This document shows, piece by piece, positions 52,691 through 64,000 of a stretch of 64,000 nt of DNA. Each line of letters opens with the position of its first letter. Positions within the stretch are counted from its first letter, which is position 1. This DNA comes from Octopus bimaculoides. Its lineage: Eukaryota. Location: positions 81,097,635 through 81,161,634 of the forward strand of contig NC_068987.1 in the NCBI RefSeq assembly GCF_001194135.2, written 5' to 3'. Under the pieces are notes generated by a model that searched no databases, was not told where the DNA came from, and saw only the letters and a list, made by a program, of their open reading frames with translations. Both the position numbers and the translations under genes were made by a program.

Positions 52691-53479
52691 TAGATAATCA
52701 TGATTGTGAGGAGCAGAAGATGAAGATTTCTGATTTGTTATATTTAATTTTACCCCATATACTCGTTAAATTTCATTATTCATAACATTCAGTTCAGTAT
52801 GTAAATATGCAATGAATTCTTTTCAGTCTTCTGATAATTGGTAAAATATTTTAAGAATGATATTAATTTTTCTGGCCTATATTGTTTTTTTAATTATTCA
52901 ATTATTTCTCATGTTACTAATTTCTTTTTAAAAAATTTATTTCACATTTGTAACTAAGTTTATTAATGTTATAGCATTTGTTACTTTTTGATTTGCTGTT
53001 GTTCAGTATCATCAACTAACTAGACTGAAATAAATCGTTGGCATTGATATATGTAATTGAATGCTTAGAAGTAACTTTATACTGAGATGCTACTATTGTT
53101 GGCACAGCATGTTGCATTTATTGCCTATTCTGAAAATGAATAAAAGCTCTCTTATTACCAATGTGGTGGCCACTTAGAGTTAACAAGTGCACAGCTGTTT
53201 TGATTGTACAGGATTTATTAGAGGTGGTTTGTTACATAACACAGCATCTGGGTGTAATAAAATAATTGATGTTGCAGCTGTTTTTTGTATGTATAAAATG
53301 TTTTGTGTTTTGATAAGGTAAAAAAAGATGATGGGTTTAAGATTGTATTGTTGTAATCTTCTAGTATTATAAAGTGGTTAAGGTATCAAACTTCATCCTC
53401 ATAATTTTAAAATTCAAATATATTACAAATGATTAGATTAATGCATATAATTGTACATGCTTTATTCCACATAATTTTC

Positions 53480-54235
53480 AAGAATAAATGTTAGGAATTC
53501 TCAGATTATTCCCAGCATCCTGTCTGAGAAAGGTAAATGTGTCTCTCACATGTATTAAGATAATTTTATGCATTTCTTATGAATTAGTACTGGGCAGTAA
53601 CAAAAACCACAGACATCTCAAAACTGCTTGCATTGACTGGAATAAAGCAGACTGGAACTCTTACTGCACTGAGCTACAACACCCAAACTGGCTGGAATTT
53701 TACGACTCTGGAGATGTGAACACTGTACAACAGAACATCTTGAACTTAATATGGACTGCATGTGCAGCATTAGTACCACATAAGCACAAAAAAAAAACAT
53801 TCCAAAAGGGCAATTTGGAAGACTGCAGCAGTCAGACTTTCTAGGAAAGAACGTTGTAATGCTGAACAGGAATACAAATGGCATAAATCAAATATAAATA
53901 GGAAAAAATGCAATAAATCATCCAACCATCTCAAGCAGGAGACAAAAAGGGCAGTGCTTGAAATTGAGGAGAGCATAGCAACCAAGGTGTTCTGGAAATA
54001 TGTATGTTCAAAGCAGAGACCTCACTCTCCAGTTGGTCCTCTTCACTATCCCCATACAAACTAGATTACTGACGATCCCAAAGAAAGCACACTTAACTTA
54101 TTGCTGAAATGCTATGCAAGCATTTTTACTGTTGAAAACCAAAACATACCATTTCCACCACCTCTGGTAATAGCTAAAACAAAGGAAGTCGAACATACTG
54201 GGAACACCCACTGACATGACCTTCAGATAATTAAG
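53480..54235 (+). mobile_element. CR1/L2-group LINE ORF2 remnant (region between EN and RT)
   Basis: IDWNKADWNSYCTELQHPNWLEFYDSGDVN..VPHK; later ITDDPKES..FTVEN. Confidence 0.75.
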
Positions 54236-54237
54236 GA

Positions 54238-54239
<2 letters not shown>

Positions 54240-54282
<43 letters not shown>

Positions 54283-54283
54283 T
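54240..54283. repeat. (AAT)n microsatellite
   Basis: perfect AAT run. Confidence 0.95.
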
Positions 54284-54289
54284 CAACCT

Positions 54290-54536
54290 CTCTTTATTAT
54301 TATCTCCCTTTCATTCAACCTTTTTTCAAATCATTTACCATGTTGGACCACTAACTTCAACACGTTTTTCTTTTCTTTTTTTCACTCTCTCTCTGTCTAT
54401 TTCTTCTTATTCCTTTCTGTTGAAGAGCGTAGGCTTGAAACGTAAAAGACTTTTCCATTTTTCCTGAGCGTCAAACTAATACACATGCTTGTTGTTCCTA
54501 CACTTGTCTTCGTCTTTACTTTTCTATGAATTTGAA

Positions 54537-54540
<4 letters not shown>
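54290..54540 (+). mobile_element. Penelope-like terminal repeat fragment carrying a hammerhead-like motif
   Basis: CTTTCTGTTGAAGAGCGTAGGCTTGAAACGTAAAAG resembles the CTGA.GA..CGAAACGT signature of PLE termini. Confidence 0.5.
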
Positions 54541-54585
<45 letters not shown>

Positions 54586-55144
54586 AGGGAACCTTATGGG
54601 TATGCAACATCCTTAAAATCTATAGAATGAATAGCAAATAAATCCTACACCACCACACACACCTCCATCCCTATATTACTACCATTCCTTCCCCTACTCC
54701 CACTCCCATCACCTACCACCACCTACCAAGTACACACAGAAATACCCACATAGCTAGATTGGCCATTATACTGGCAAGAAGGGATAAACATCCCTCTGTG
54801 ATTCATCCAATAATGCAGTATCACCTGATGAAATGAATCAATAATGATGATCAACCAGACGTCCACAGATAACTATGGACTATACTGTAATCATCCCAAG
54901 GATACGGACTTTGATATTAAAGTCATGTGATTTGTGAAAATGCATGTAGTGATGTATTAAATATTTATAAATTCCATCCTAGAATTATTATTGTTATCAT
55001 TATTATTATTATTATTGAGTGAGAGAGCAGTGCAACCCATCAAAGTGACACTGGGGTAAAATATACGAAGCCCAATATACCCATCATCATTATTATTATT
55101 ATTATTATTATCATTATTATTATTATTATTATTATTGTGTATAT

Positions 55145-55724
55145 ATATCATCATCATCATCATCGTTTAACGTCCGCTTTCCATGCTAGCATGGGTTGGA
55201 TGATTTGACTGAGGACTGGTGAACCAGATGGCTACACTAGGCTCCAATCTGATTTGGCAGAGTTTCTACAGCTGGATGCCCTTCCTAACGCCAACCATTC
55301 TGAGTGTGTAGTGGGTGGTTTTACGTGCCACCGGCACAAAGGCCAGTCAGGAGGTACTGGCAACAGCAACATTCAAAATGGTGTATTTTACGTGCCACCT
55401 GCACAGGAGCCAGTCCAGTGGTACTGGCAACGAACTCGCTTGAATGTCTTTTCACGTGCCACTGGCATAAGTGCCAGGAAGGCGACGTTGGTAATGGTCA
55501 TGCTCAAATGGTGCTATTTACGTGCCACCGGCACAAAAGCCAGACAGCTGGTGCTTTGGCAACGATCACGCTCGGATGGTGCTCTTAGTGATTTACTGGT
55601 ACTGCTGCCATCACGATTTCACTTTCACTTGCCCCAACAGGTCTTCGCAAGCCGAGTTTAGTGTTCAATGAAGACGTCGGCATGGGTGCCAGTCTACAAA
55701 TTTAGTTTGATTTCGATTTCGATT
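55145..55724 (-). mobile_element. RTE 3' UTR plus (GAT)n tail with about four tandem 55-65 bp subrepeats
   Basis: repeated GGTGGCACGTAAAA.CACC units on the minus strand; tail identical in type to 9200-9400. Confidence 0.88.
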
Positions 55725-56055
55725 TCATGTGAATACCCATCAGAGTGTAAGTATCTTGAGAGAAAAGCTGAACATTAGAAGCATCAGTTGTGGTGTGCAA
55801 GAGAGACGATTGCGCTGGTATGGACATGTGGTGAGAATGGATGAGGATAGCTGCGTGAAAAAGTGCCACACCCTAACAGTTGAGGGAACCCGTGGAAGAG
55901 GTAGGCCCAGGAAGACCTGGGCTGAAGTGGTGAGGCAAGACCTTTGTACATTGGGCCTCACCGAGGCGATGACTACTGACTGAGACCTTTGGAAATGTGT
56001 TGTGCGTGAGAAGACCTGGCAAGCCAAGTAAGATCGTTGCCAGTGCCCCTGGACT
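55725..56055 (+). mobile_element. RTE ORF2 C-terminus (inverted relative to the adjacent tail)
   Basis: RRLRWYGHVVRMDEDSCVKKCHTLTVEGTRGRGRPRKTWAEVV. Confidence 0.92.
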
Positions 56056-56387
56056 NNNNNNNNNNNNNNNNNNNNNNNNNNNNNNNNNNNNNNNNNNNNN
56101 NNNNNNNNNNNNNNNNNNNNNNNNNNNNNNNNNNNNNNNNNNNNNNNNNNNNNNNNNNNNNNNNNNNNNNNNNNNNNNNNNNNNNNNNNNNNNNNNNNNN
56201 NNNNNNNNNNNNNNNNNNNNNNNNNNNNNNNNNNNNNNNNNNNNNNNNNNNNNNNNNNNNNNNNNNNNNNNNNNNNNNNNNNNNNNNNNNNNNNNNNNNN
56301 NNNNNNNNNNNNNNNNNNNNNNNNNNNNNNNNNNNNNNNNNNNNNNNNNNNNNNNNNNNNNNNNNNNNNNNNNNNNNNNNNNNNNNN
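56056..56387. other. assembly gap
   Basis: run of N. Confidence 1.
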
Positions 56388-56429
<42 letters not shown>

Positions 56430-57651
56430 GTACATACACACGCACACAGATATATGGATATATATATGTGTATATAAAATGCTCATGTGTTTGTTCATGT
56501 CTGTATTCTGTGGTGTCTTCCCTTGGAACTACTTGAGTAAAAGTGGTGACATTGTACCAACATTTTCTTGTTGACAAATTACCTTGTACTGAAGCACTTT
56601 CAAAGACAGATGGAATACAAATCCCTTACTTGAAAATGAAACAAAGTTTAATGACAGAAAGTGCACTCAGCTGTAAAATGAATGCTCAAATTATATAATA
56701 TTGATATGGTTTCATGTAACAGTAATGTTTATTTATGTTTCTTGCATACAATATATTCTGGAGCTTGTCAGTTTCACTGTTTAAAGATCAGGGAAATGAA
56801 AAATAATTTACTTGAAAAACAAAGGTTGGCAATAGGAAGGCATTTGGCTGTAGAGTATTGCCATAATATGTTTTGTTCAACCCATGCAAATGTGGTAAAA
56901 AGGTGGATGTAAAACAATAATAATACATATGTACATACACATATATAGCTTTTCCTCAGTTTAGATTGTAGATTGATTCCATGAGTCACCATGCAAATCA
57001 AAATCATTTCAATAAAGGGAACACAAACTAAATATAAACAATTTTTCATTGAAATGGGAATAAGAAACATAATTATCACACACAACAATACATACACACA
57101 TACACATATATAAGCATGAGTATATTGTATTATTCTACCAAAAAAGAAAAGAAAAAAAGCCTTTTCTTTTCTTTCCAAAATGTTATTACGTTTGTATGAT
57201 GTGCATTTTAAAGCTATTGAAAGTCCAGCATTTATACTCATTTCAAATTTTTTCTTTGTTTCTTTTAAATGTTCCAACAATTGCTTCATTCACATTAAAC
57301 TGTTTTGCAGTTTCTGTTGAATTTTTTCCATTTTGAGGTTGATTTCATAGCATCACATTTGAAATTCTATTATTCAATCTCAAAATATTAAAAAAAAATA
57401 TATCAAAATAATTCTAACATAATTGTTAGTTTAAAAGGCAGTCTATCTTGTTTTCAAGTTAGTGAATTGAATAGGAAATAAAAAGAAAAGGAAAAACCAT
57501 AACAGAACAACTGAGTGGTCTTTCTGTATACATAAATTGAAAGAAAACTTTCAACCAAGACCAAAACCATGCTAAAGTGAAGCCATGGAAACTAACTCCA
57601 TTGCAAACCAAGGGATAACCATATATATATACATTTACTCAGACTTGTCTG

Positions 57652-57684
<33 letters not shown>

Positions 57685-57711
57685 CACACAGACCATATGA
57701 GTTTGTATATA

Positions 57712-58620
57712 CACAGGGAAGTCAAAAATTATCTACAGTTTTGTCAGTTTCTTTAGGTTGGCTGCACTTCCTTCAACACCTGTGTGCTAAAAGATGGTAC
57801 TTTTGTGTTACATATCCAAGTTTGAGTTTCATTGCTCTATTTTTTTTTCTTGTGTTACTGAGTAAATAGGGCCGTTCCATTGGCAGCATGCACCAGGGAA
57901 GAACAGAGATCAGTGATCTGATTTCTCTGAAGATTTGTAGGGTATGAAATTTATTGCAAGCTTTCATTACAATATGGAGGCAATGTAGAAGTGTGTATGA
58001 GTGGACTGAGAAGTTTAAAAATGGCCGGACAGGTATGAAGCATGAAGAGGGAGCAGGTTGACCATCAACTTCCACCATTGATGTGAAGATTCAACAAGCT
58101 CAAGAGATGGTTCTGGCAAACCAGTGAGTGATCATCGATGAGAGATGGCATCTTCTCTGCAAATTAGTCATAGTTCTGCATATAAAATCACCCATGACAT
58201 GCTTTGCTTCCACAAAGTGTGTGTGAGATGAGTGCCAAGAGAGCTTACCAATGTGTGAAGATCTGTTATGGCTTACTTGACTGCTATAGCAACGAAGGCA
58301 AAGTTTTATTGGAGAGAAAAGTCACAGGGAATGAGATCGGTGTCCATCACATTGAGCCTGAACCCACAAGGCAGAGTATGGAATGGAAACACCCAGAATT
58401 GCAAACAAAAATGAAATTAAGACTCAGCCTTCCACAGAAATAATGATGCTAACCATTTTTGGGGATGTAAAAGGGCTTATACAGAAACATTAGCTGGTGA
58501 AGGGGTCTACAGTCACTAGTGTAGGCTACAATGAGATACTGGGCAAAAAACTGAAACCAGCAATTCATATCAAATGCCAAGGTCTATTGTCAAAGCAAGT
58601 GTTATTGTTGCTAAAATGGA
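57712..58620 (+). mobile_element. mariner fragment, 3'-truncated
   Basis: EEQRSVI*FL, VYEWTEKFKNGRTG, KVTGNEIGVHHIEPEPTRQSMEWKHP (ITGDETWVHH-like), GLLSKQVLLL; left boundary approximate. Confidence 0.85.
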
Positions 58621-59460
58621 ACAAATGTAAGTTTCTCATCAGTTCTTCATAGATGTTCTCCTTTCCACCACTTTTTGAATAGACATTCACATCCAAAGGG
58701 CAACTGATCTCTACAATGATGCATGACTTTTGCTCCCCATACCTAGTATATTCTTTTCTACTCTGGGCACAAGGCACGAAATTTTGGGGGAGGGGGCCAG
58801 TCGATTAGATCGACTCCAGTATGCAACTGGTACTTAATTTATCAGCCCTGAAAAGATAAAAGGCAAAGTCGACCTTGGCAGAATTTGAACTCAGAACATA
58901 AAGACAGACAAAATGCCACTAAGTATTTCACCCAGCATGCTAACACTCATGCCAGCTTGCCACCTTCCATACCTAGCATATTGTGCTTAGACTGGATTGC
59001 TGCTTGTATTGGAATGTTCTGCCTGTACTCATTATTTCTAAAGGTATTAATATTCTCTGGTTCTGGTGTACTTTTTGGTATGGCCATCAGGACAATCCTC
59101 TTTGCACAGCATTGCATAATGTCTTGGTGGCAGTGTGATGTCTCACGAGGAGTTTATATCTTGTAGACATTTTCGGTCAGCTATTGATAAAGTGAGTGAT
59201 ATCTTCCACTTTCTATGACAGTATGTGGATTTAGAAGCATATGCATCTCTTTTCTTACACAGAAATTTAGTCTCTGTCTCTTAATATTGGATTGCAAAAG
59301 CATAGCCTTCTTGATGAGATCTGATGTTTTTATTACAGGTCCAGGAGAGGTCACTATTTCTGTCAATGTTGCAGGCATTCTCCACGATGTTATTACTTTC
59401 ACTGTTGAGTATATATGTGCTGTACTTATTTCTTTTCGATTTTCAGTAGGTGTTGTCTAA
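58620..59460 (-). mobile_element. RLE-type (R2/R4/HERO/NeSL group) non-LTR retrotransposon C-terminal remnant, split by a SINE
   Basis: minus-strand KMSTRYKLLVRH (post-CCHC), KHN, CIIVEISCPLDVNV..KENIYEELMRNL (PD-(D/E)xK-type endonuclease context). Confidence 0.7.
58751..58966 (-). mobile_element. SINE family B with 14-bp TSD
   Basis: CCATACCTAGTATA 58737-58750 and CCATACCTAGCATA 58967-58980; body is the reverse complement of the 7138-7327 family. Confidence 0.92.
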
Positions 59461-61425
59461 GTGACACTCAGAGGCCATCTGGACTGATCATATACCTCTA
59501 CCTCTACTCCTCCATTTAACATAGGTTCTGTTTGTGTCACTATAGATGTAAGCTACCAGTTACTGTTAGTAGCTTGATAGTCTTGATGGCTGGGTTGTGG
59601 CTTTCTTCAAGTGTCTAGCCTAATATCCCAAATGTACTAGCACTGGCACTGTGGTTATATGCATGTATATGTCTGTGTGTATATAAATATATGTATGTAT
59701 GTGTATATTTGCATGTGTATATATATGTGTGTATGTCTGTGTGTATATGCATGTATATATATTTATTTATTTATTTATTTATTTATGTAGAGATGTTTGT
59801 AGTTTTATATATCTCGCATTTCAATTATTCTGTAGAGATAATTTCAACAAATCAAGAATTCCTCTTTTACAATGCTAAATGTGAGCTTATTCTTCATTGT
59901 TTTTCAAGTACATGCCACTGGCCACTCTGAGTTACTTCTCTTATCTCCTTTCTGTCTTGCTTATAGCTCTCTATCTCTCTGTCCATCCATGCATCTGTTT
60001 GTCCCATCTACTTTCATTTCACCTCATCAATATCTGTCGATTGATTGATCAGTCTGTCTGTCAGTCAGACAATCAATCAATCAATAAACAATCAATCATT
60101 TGTTCAGGCCTCATGTATTTATCAGTAATTCAAATTTAGTTGCTAAGAAAATGAAGCATATAATGTTCTGTTATCTTGATTTTAAAAAAAGTTAACGATT
60201 TGTCGTAATATATTTTGATATTGCCTTTGTTTTATATAACTTCTAAAATGTACCTTGCAATGTGAGGAGAATATATATTCTTCATGTAAATGATTTTTGT
60301 TTTACTTTTGTTTCCATCTTGTTTAATAAATGTTTTCTCAAACTCTTTTTCATTTATTTGAAGTTATTTAAGAGGGTCATAATTCATTCAAAATTTTACA
60401 AAGTTATGTTATTATTCAATGTTCTTTCAATAATTGATGGTTGAATGCTTTCCCTTAAGTGAGCCAGAAGTTGAGCAGTGGCATTATTTATGAAATATTA
60501 TCTTTGGCATATGGACATCTTTTTGTTACTTCTTATGGTAGTTTATTCAATGACTTAAACATGGACAGAGTTCTATGTCCTGAAAATCTCAAACATATTT
60601 CCTTTTCAATCAATAGCATGCATTTTGGAACTTAAACAAGTGCCTGTTATATATGTTTGAAAATTTTCTTGTCAGTATTTCAGTTCTTGATAGACTATGC
60701 ATCTTCATAAACTTTATGCCTTGTGAAATATTCATATGTGTCAGAAAATGACCAGCTAAAATGCTATAGGTCGTAAGTGTGCAGTCACATAGTAACCCCA
60801 CAGAATGCCATTATAAGCCAAATAATAAACCAATCACCACTGCATTAACTTATTCAAGCTTTTCAACTTTATTGAAAATTACTTTGCCTCATGCAAAGTA
60901 ATTAACAAACAATACAAACTTTTGTTGAAATTGGATGCACTGATAACTTTCTTAAAACTGATTTTGCTAAATAAAATTAATTAGTCATTAAATCATTCAA
61001 AGTTGTGTTGGGGGTCAACACAGCTTAGCTCCTGAAATGTGTAAATATGCAAAGTTGACATTCAAAATACTGTTAAGTTTTGTACACTGCTGTCACTGGT
61101 TGCTATATGCAGTCTCTGCTTTGGTATATTATATTCAGACAAATTTTCATATTGTAGTATTCTTTAATGATATTTACATTTAATGGCACTGAAACCCATT
61201 GAACATCAAATTTTGATTCCTTGCTAATTTAACTTCAAACACAAATCTTAAATCTTATACTGATTTCTCAGGCTGTTCAACATCTCAAGGAGCTAATTTT
61301 TTTTTGTCAGAGTTTCCAAAATGTCTACAGTGACAAAGAAATGCAATTCATGTCAATGTAACTATGACATTTTCTAAAGCAACAACAAACTGTGGAAAGT
61401 AGGACTGACTGTCAATACATTAGAA

Positions 61426-61906
61426 CAGTGATTCCCAACGTGGGGCATATGCCCCACTGGTGGGGCTTGGGAAATTTGTAGTGGGGCATGGAACCCCAAA
61501 TTTTCTTTTCTTAAGTGGGACATGGAATTGTGAAAATACTACACCTATACTCAGCCTAGCCAAACCAATCCCTCCAGCCAAGCATACTGTGTGAAGACTG
61601 TTTACTACAGTATAGTGCTGTTCTAATGCTACAGCTGAAAGTAACAAAATTGTCTCCTCAAATCAAGGAAATCTGCCGTAGTCACCAGGCACAAAGTTCT
61701 CATTAAAGAGATTCACCTTTTTTTTTAGTTAATAATGCACTTTCTTTTGGTATTCAGTATTTAAGAGTTATTGATAGATTCTTTTCTATCAAATAACTGT
61801 GATAGAATATCAAAAATAAAATAATTTTTTCCAACCACCTGTGGGGCATGTATTTTTCTGGAAAGCTATAGTGGGGGCTTGGAAGAAAATATATTGGGAA
61901 ACACTG
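61426..61906. mobile_element. hAT-Charlie-type non-autonomous element/MITE
   Basis: TIRs CAGTGATTCCCAA / TTGGGAAACACTG; flanks CATTAGAA and TACTAGAA (6/8 identical; TAGA-type Charlie target). Confidence 0.85.
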
Positions 61907-62342
61907 TACTAGAAGAAATGAGAATGCCAGGGAACCAATTAGTATGGAAGTTAGTATTAGAAAATGTAAGAATAATAAGAATATACTTTTGTAGGTTTTT
62001 GAATTGATAACTTGGCTTTTGTATTATTTTGAAGTATAGAGGTGAGCACGATAAAGTAAGTGAATGAAAATCCTGTTTAAGTATTAAAGTAAGTGTATAA
62101 GTGATTTGAAGAAGCAAAGGATATATTTGTAAATGATCTTTGATTATGCTTTTCAATAATCTATCAGCCAAAGTTATCTCACTGGTTATATTTTATTTTA
62201 TAATATATTTTTTATTTTAGATTATTAGAGAAATAACAAAGTCGTTGAAAACAATGTTAAATGTTTTTAGATAAACGTTTGACTCATTTTAATTGCTTTG
62301 ATTCCTTTTAACTTATTTTAGCTTGTTTTATATCAGGTATCA

Positions 62343-63743
62343 TTAGGTTGTCAAGAAAGTTCTTGCAGTTTTTACCTTTAAATTCAGATGCACATATCTC
62401 GGCTCAAACAAAACTTTATTAATTGAAATAAACACCATCAGAATCAACACACTTTTGCCAATGCGAAACAAGGCTATTTATGCCAGTAGTATAAAAATCC
62501 TGCGTTCTGGTGGCAATGAAATCATTGAAGGCATGTTTGGCATCGTCTTGGTTTTTGAAGCATTTGTCACGCAGGAAGTTGTCGAGATGCTTGAAAAAGT
62601 AGTAGTCGGTAGGCGAGAGGTCTGGTGAGTATAGTGGATGAGGCAGAGTTTTGTGGCCCAATTCGTTCAACTTCTGCGGGGTCAGTTGNNNNNNNNNNNN
62701 NNNNNNNNNNNNNNNNNNNNNNNNNNNNNNNNNNNNNNNNNNNNNNNNNNNNNNNNNNNNNNNNNNNNNNNNNNNNNNNNNNNNNNNNNNNNNNNNNNNN
62801 NNNNNNNNNNNNNNNNNNNNNNNNNNNNNNNNNNNNNNNNNNNNNNNNNNNNNNNNNNNNNNNNNNNNNNNNNNNNNNNNNNNNNNNNNNNNNNNNNNNN
62901 NNNNNNNNNNNNNNNNNNNNNNNNNNNNNNNNNNNNNNNNNNNNNNNNNNNNNNNNNNNNNNNNNNNNNNNNNNNNNNNNNNNNNNNNNNNNNNNNNNNN
63001 NNNNNNNNNNNNNNNNNNNNNNNNNNNNNNNNNNNNNNNNNNNNNNNNNNNNNNNNNNNNNNNNNNNNNNNNNNNNNNNNNNNNNNNNNNNNNNNNNNNN
63101 NNNNNNNNNNNNNNNNNNNNNNNNNNNNNNNNNNNNNNNNNNNNNNNNNNNNNNNNNNNNNNNNNNNNNNNNNNNNNNNNNNNNNNNNNNNNNNNNNNNN
63201 NNNNNNNNNNNNNNNNNNNNNNNNNNNNNNNNNNNNNNNNNNNNNNNNNNAGTGGTTGGAAATTGTCGTATATGTTACGTCTAATTCAGAAGCAAGCTCT
63301 CGAACAGTTGTGCATGGATTGGCTTCCACTAAGGCTCTTAGTTGATTGTTGTCAGCATCCGATGGCCAACCACTACGCTTATCATCTTCAAGACTCTCAT
63401 CACCACTACGAAATTTCTTGAACCACCATTGTGCTGTACGTTCATTAGTAGTTCCTGGACCAAACACATCGTTGATATCGCAAGCTGTTTCAGCAGCTTT
63501 TCAGCCTAGCTTGAACTGGAATAAGAAAATTGTGCGAAGTTGCTTTTTGTCTATGTTGTATTCAATGTTCTGGAAAAAATGGCCTAATTATTCACAAAGA
63601 AAAAGAGCAACATGATTAGATAGAGCGTAAAATGGGCTTTAAAATGATATATAAAGTCAAAGTAAGTTAACAAAAATTAATCTGAAAATACATCATTTAA
63701 AACCAAAATTAAAAATTCTGCAAGAACTTTCTTGACAACCTAA
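62343..63743 (-). mobile_element. Hsmar1/SETMAR-like (cecropia-type) mariner with perfect 26-bp TIRs; pseudogenised; centre in gap
   Basis: TIR TTAGGTTGTCAAGAAAGTTCTTGCAG at both ends; IDKKQLRTIFLFQFKLG*KAAETACDINDVFGPGTTNERTAQWWFKKF; LPHPLYSPDLSPTDYYFFKHLDNFL; ATA at the likely start position (63552-63554) and TGA at 63501-63503. Confidence 0.96.
62689..63250. other. assembly gap inside the mariner
   Basis: run of N. Confidence 1.
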
Positions 63744-64000
63744 TACCTCTTCACAGTTGAATGGATAGTGGGTAATAAGCAGCCTCTACCACTCTGTAAA
63801 ATTACTTATAAAAATATAAAAATAACCAAATTGTAAACTTAATGTAAAATGTAAAACCTGTAATTCAGTTTCCATTGTCTTTTTACATTTTTTTACTCAT
63901 TTTCGACTTGGTAGTTATTATAGAAAATAAAGATAAATTTTATCATTTAAATATATATATATATATAATATATTAGGGGCAAATACATAAATTTATATAT

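Noticed and set aside
53212-53317. Candidate next SPO11 exon (GFIRGGLLHN..)
   Set aside because: Open only in phase 1, whereas the preceding exon ends in phase 0; lacks the STSKG-type start.
54820-54850. Second hammerhead candidate (CTGATGA)
   Set aside because: No GAAA box or helix II/III can be formed downstream.
55300-55560. CRISPR-like repeat-spacer appearance
   Set aside because: Eukaryotic context; the units are diverged tandem subrepeats of a LINE 3' UTR, not identical repeats with unique spacers.
61272-61360. Candidate next SPO11 exon (CSTSQGAN..)
   Set aside because: Wrong phase for the resembling frame; that frame stops within about 20 codons; no donor.

Overview
AT-rich, microsatellite- and transposon-dense animal genomic DNA with five N-gaps. 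The repeat complement (RTE LINEs, tRNA-derived SINEs, many mariners, (AC)n/(AT)n/(ATG)n) looks like an octopus/cephalopod draft assembly; that assignment is inference. The one host gene I can support is SPO11 (meiotic DSB transesterase) on the + strand, absent from the ORF track because its exons are short. Three canonical exons (27550-27638, 33444-33510, 36615-36723) splice in frame to ...FSVEFGLETIMEPKTSKISFGLKRSRKKF-DLLLKLLAIIYQLVQTDAYRTK-RDIYYQNVNCFKTQSVLDTLLNNISHLLEVPRWDLHV, which includes the catalytic RDIYY tyrosine. A CpG-rich region at about 24.0-24.8 kb is the likely promoter/first exon. I could not find the downstream (Toprim) exons in the window. Everything else I can identify is transposon-derived: five mariner copies or fragments (one Hsmar1-like), pogo and Gypsy fossils, RTE, CR1/L2 and RLE-type LINE remnants, three or four SINE families and three MITEs. 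I see no clearly novel biological system. The best leads are the SPO11 5' architecture and promoter motif cluster, a minimal hammerhead-like motif in a Penelope-type terminus, and a PHD finger embedded in the RTE reverse transcriptase. All alignments were done by eye against recalled sequences.
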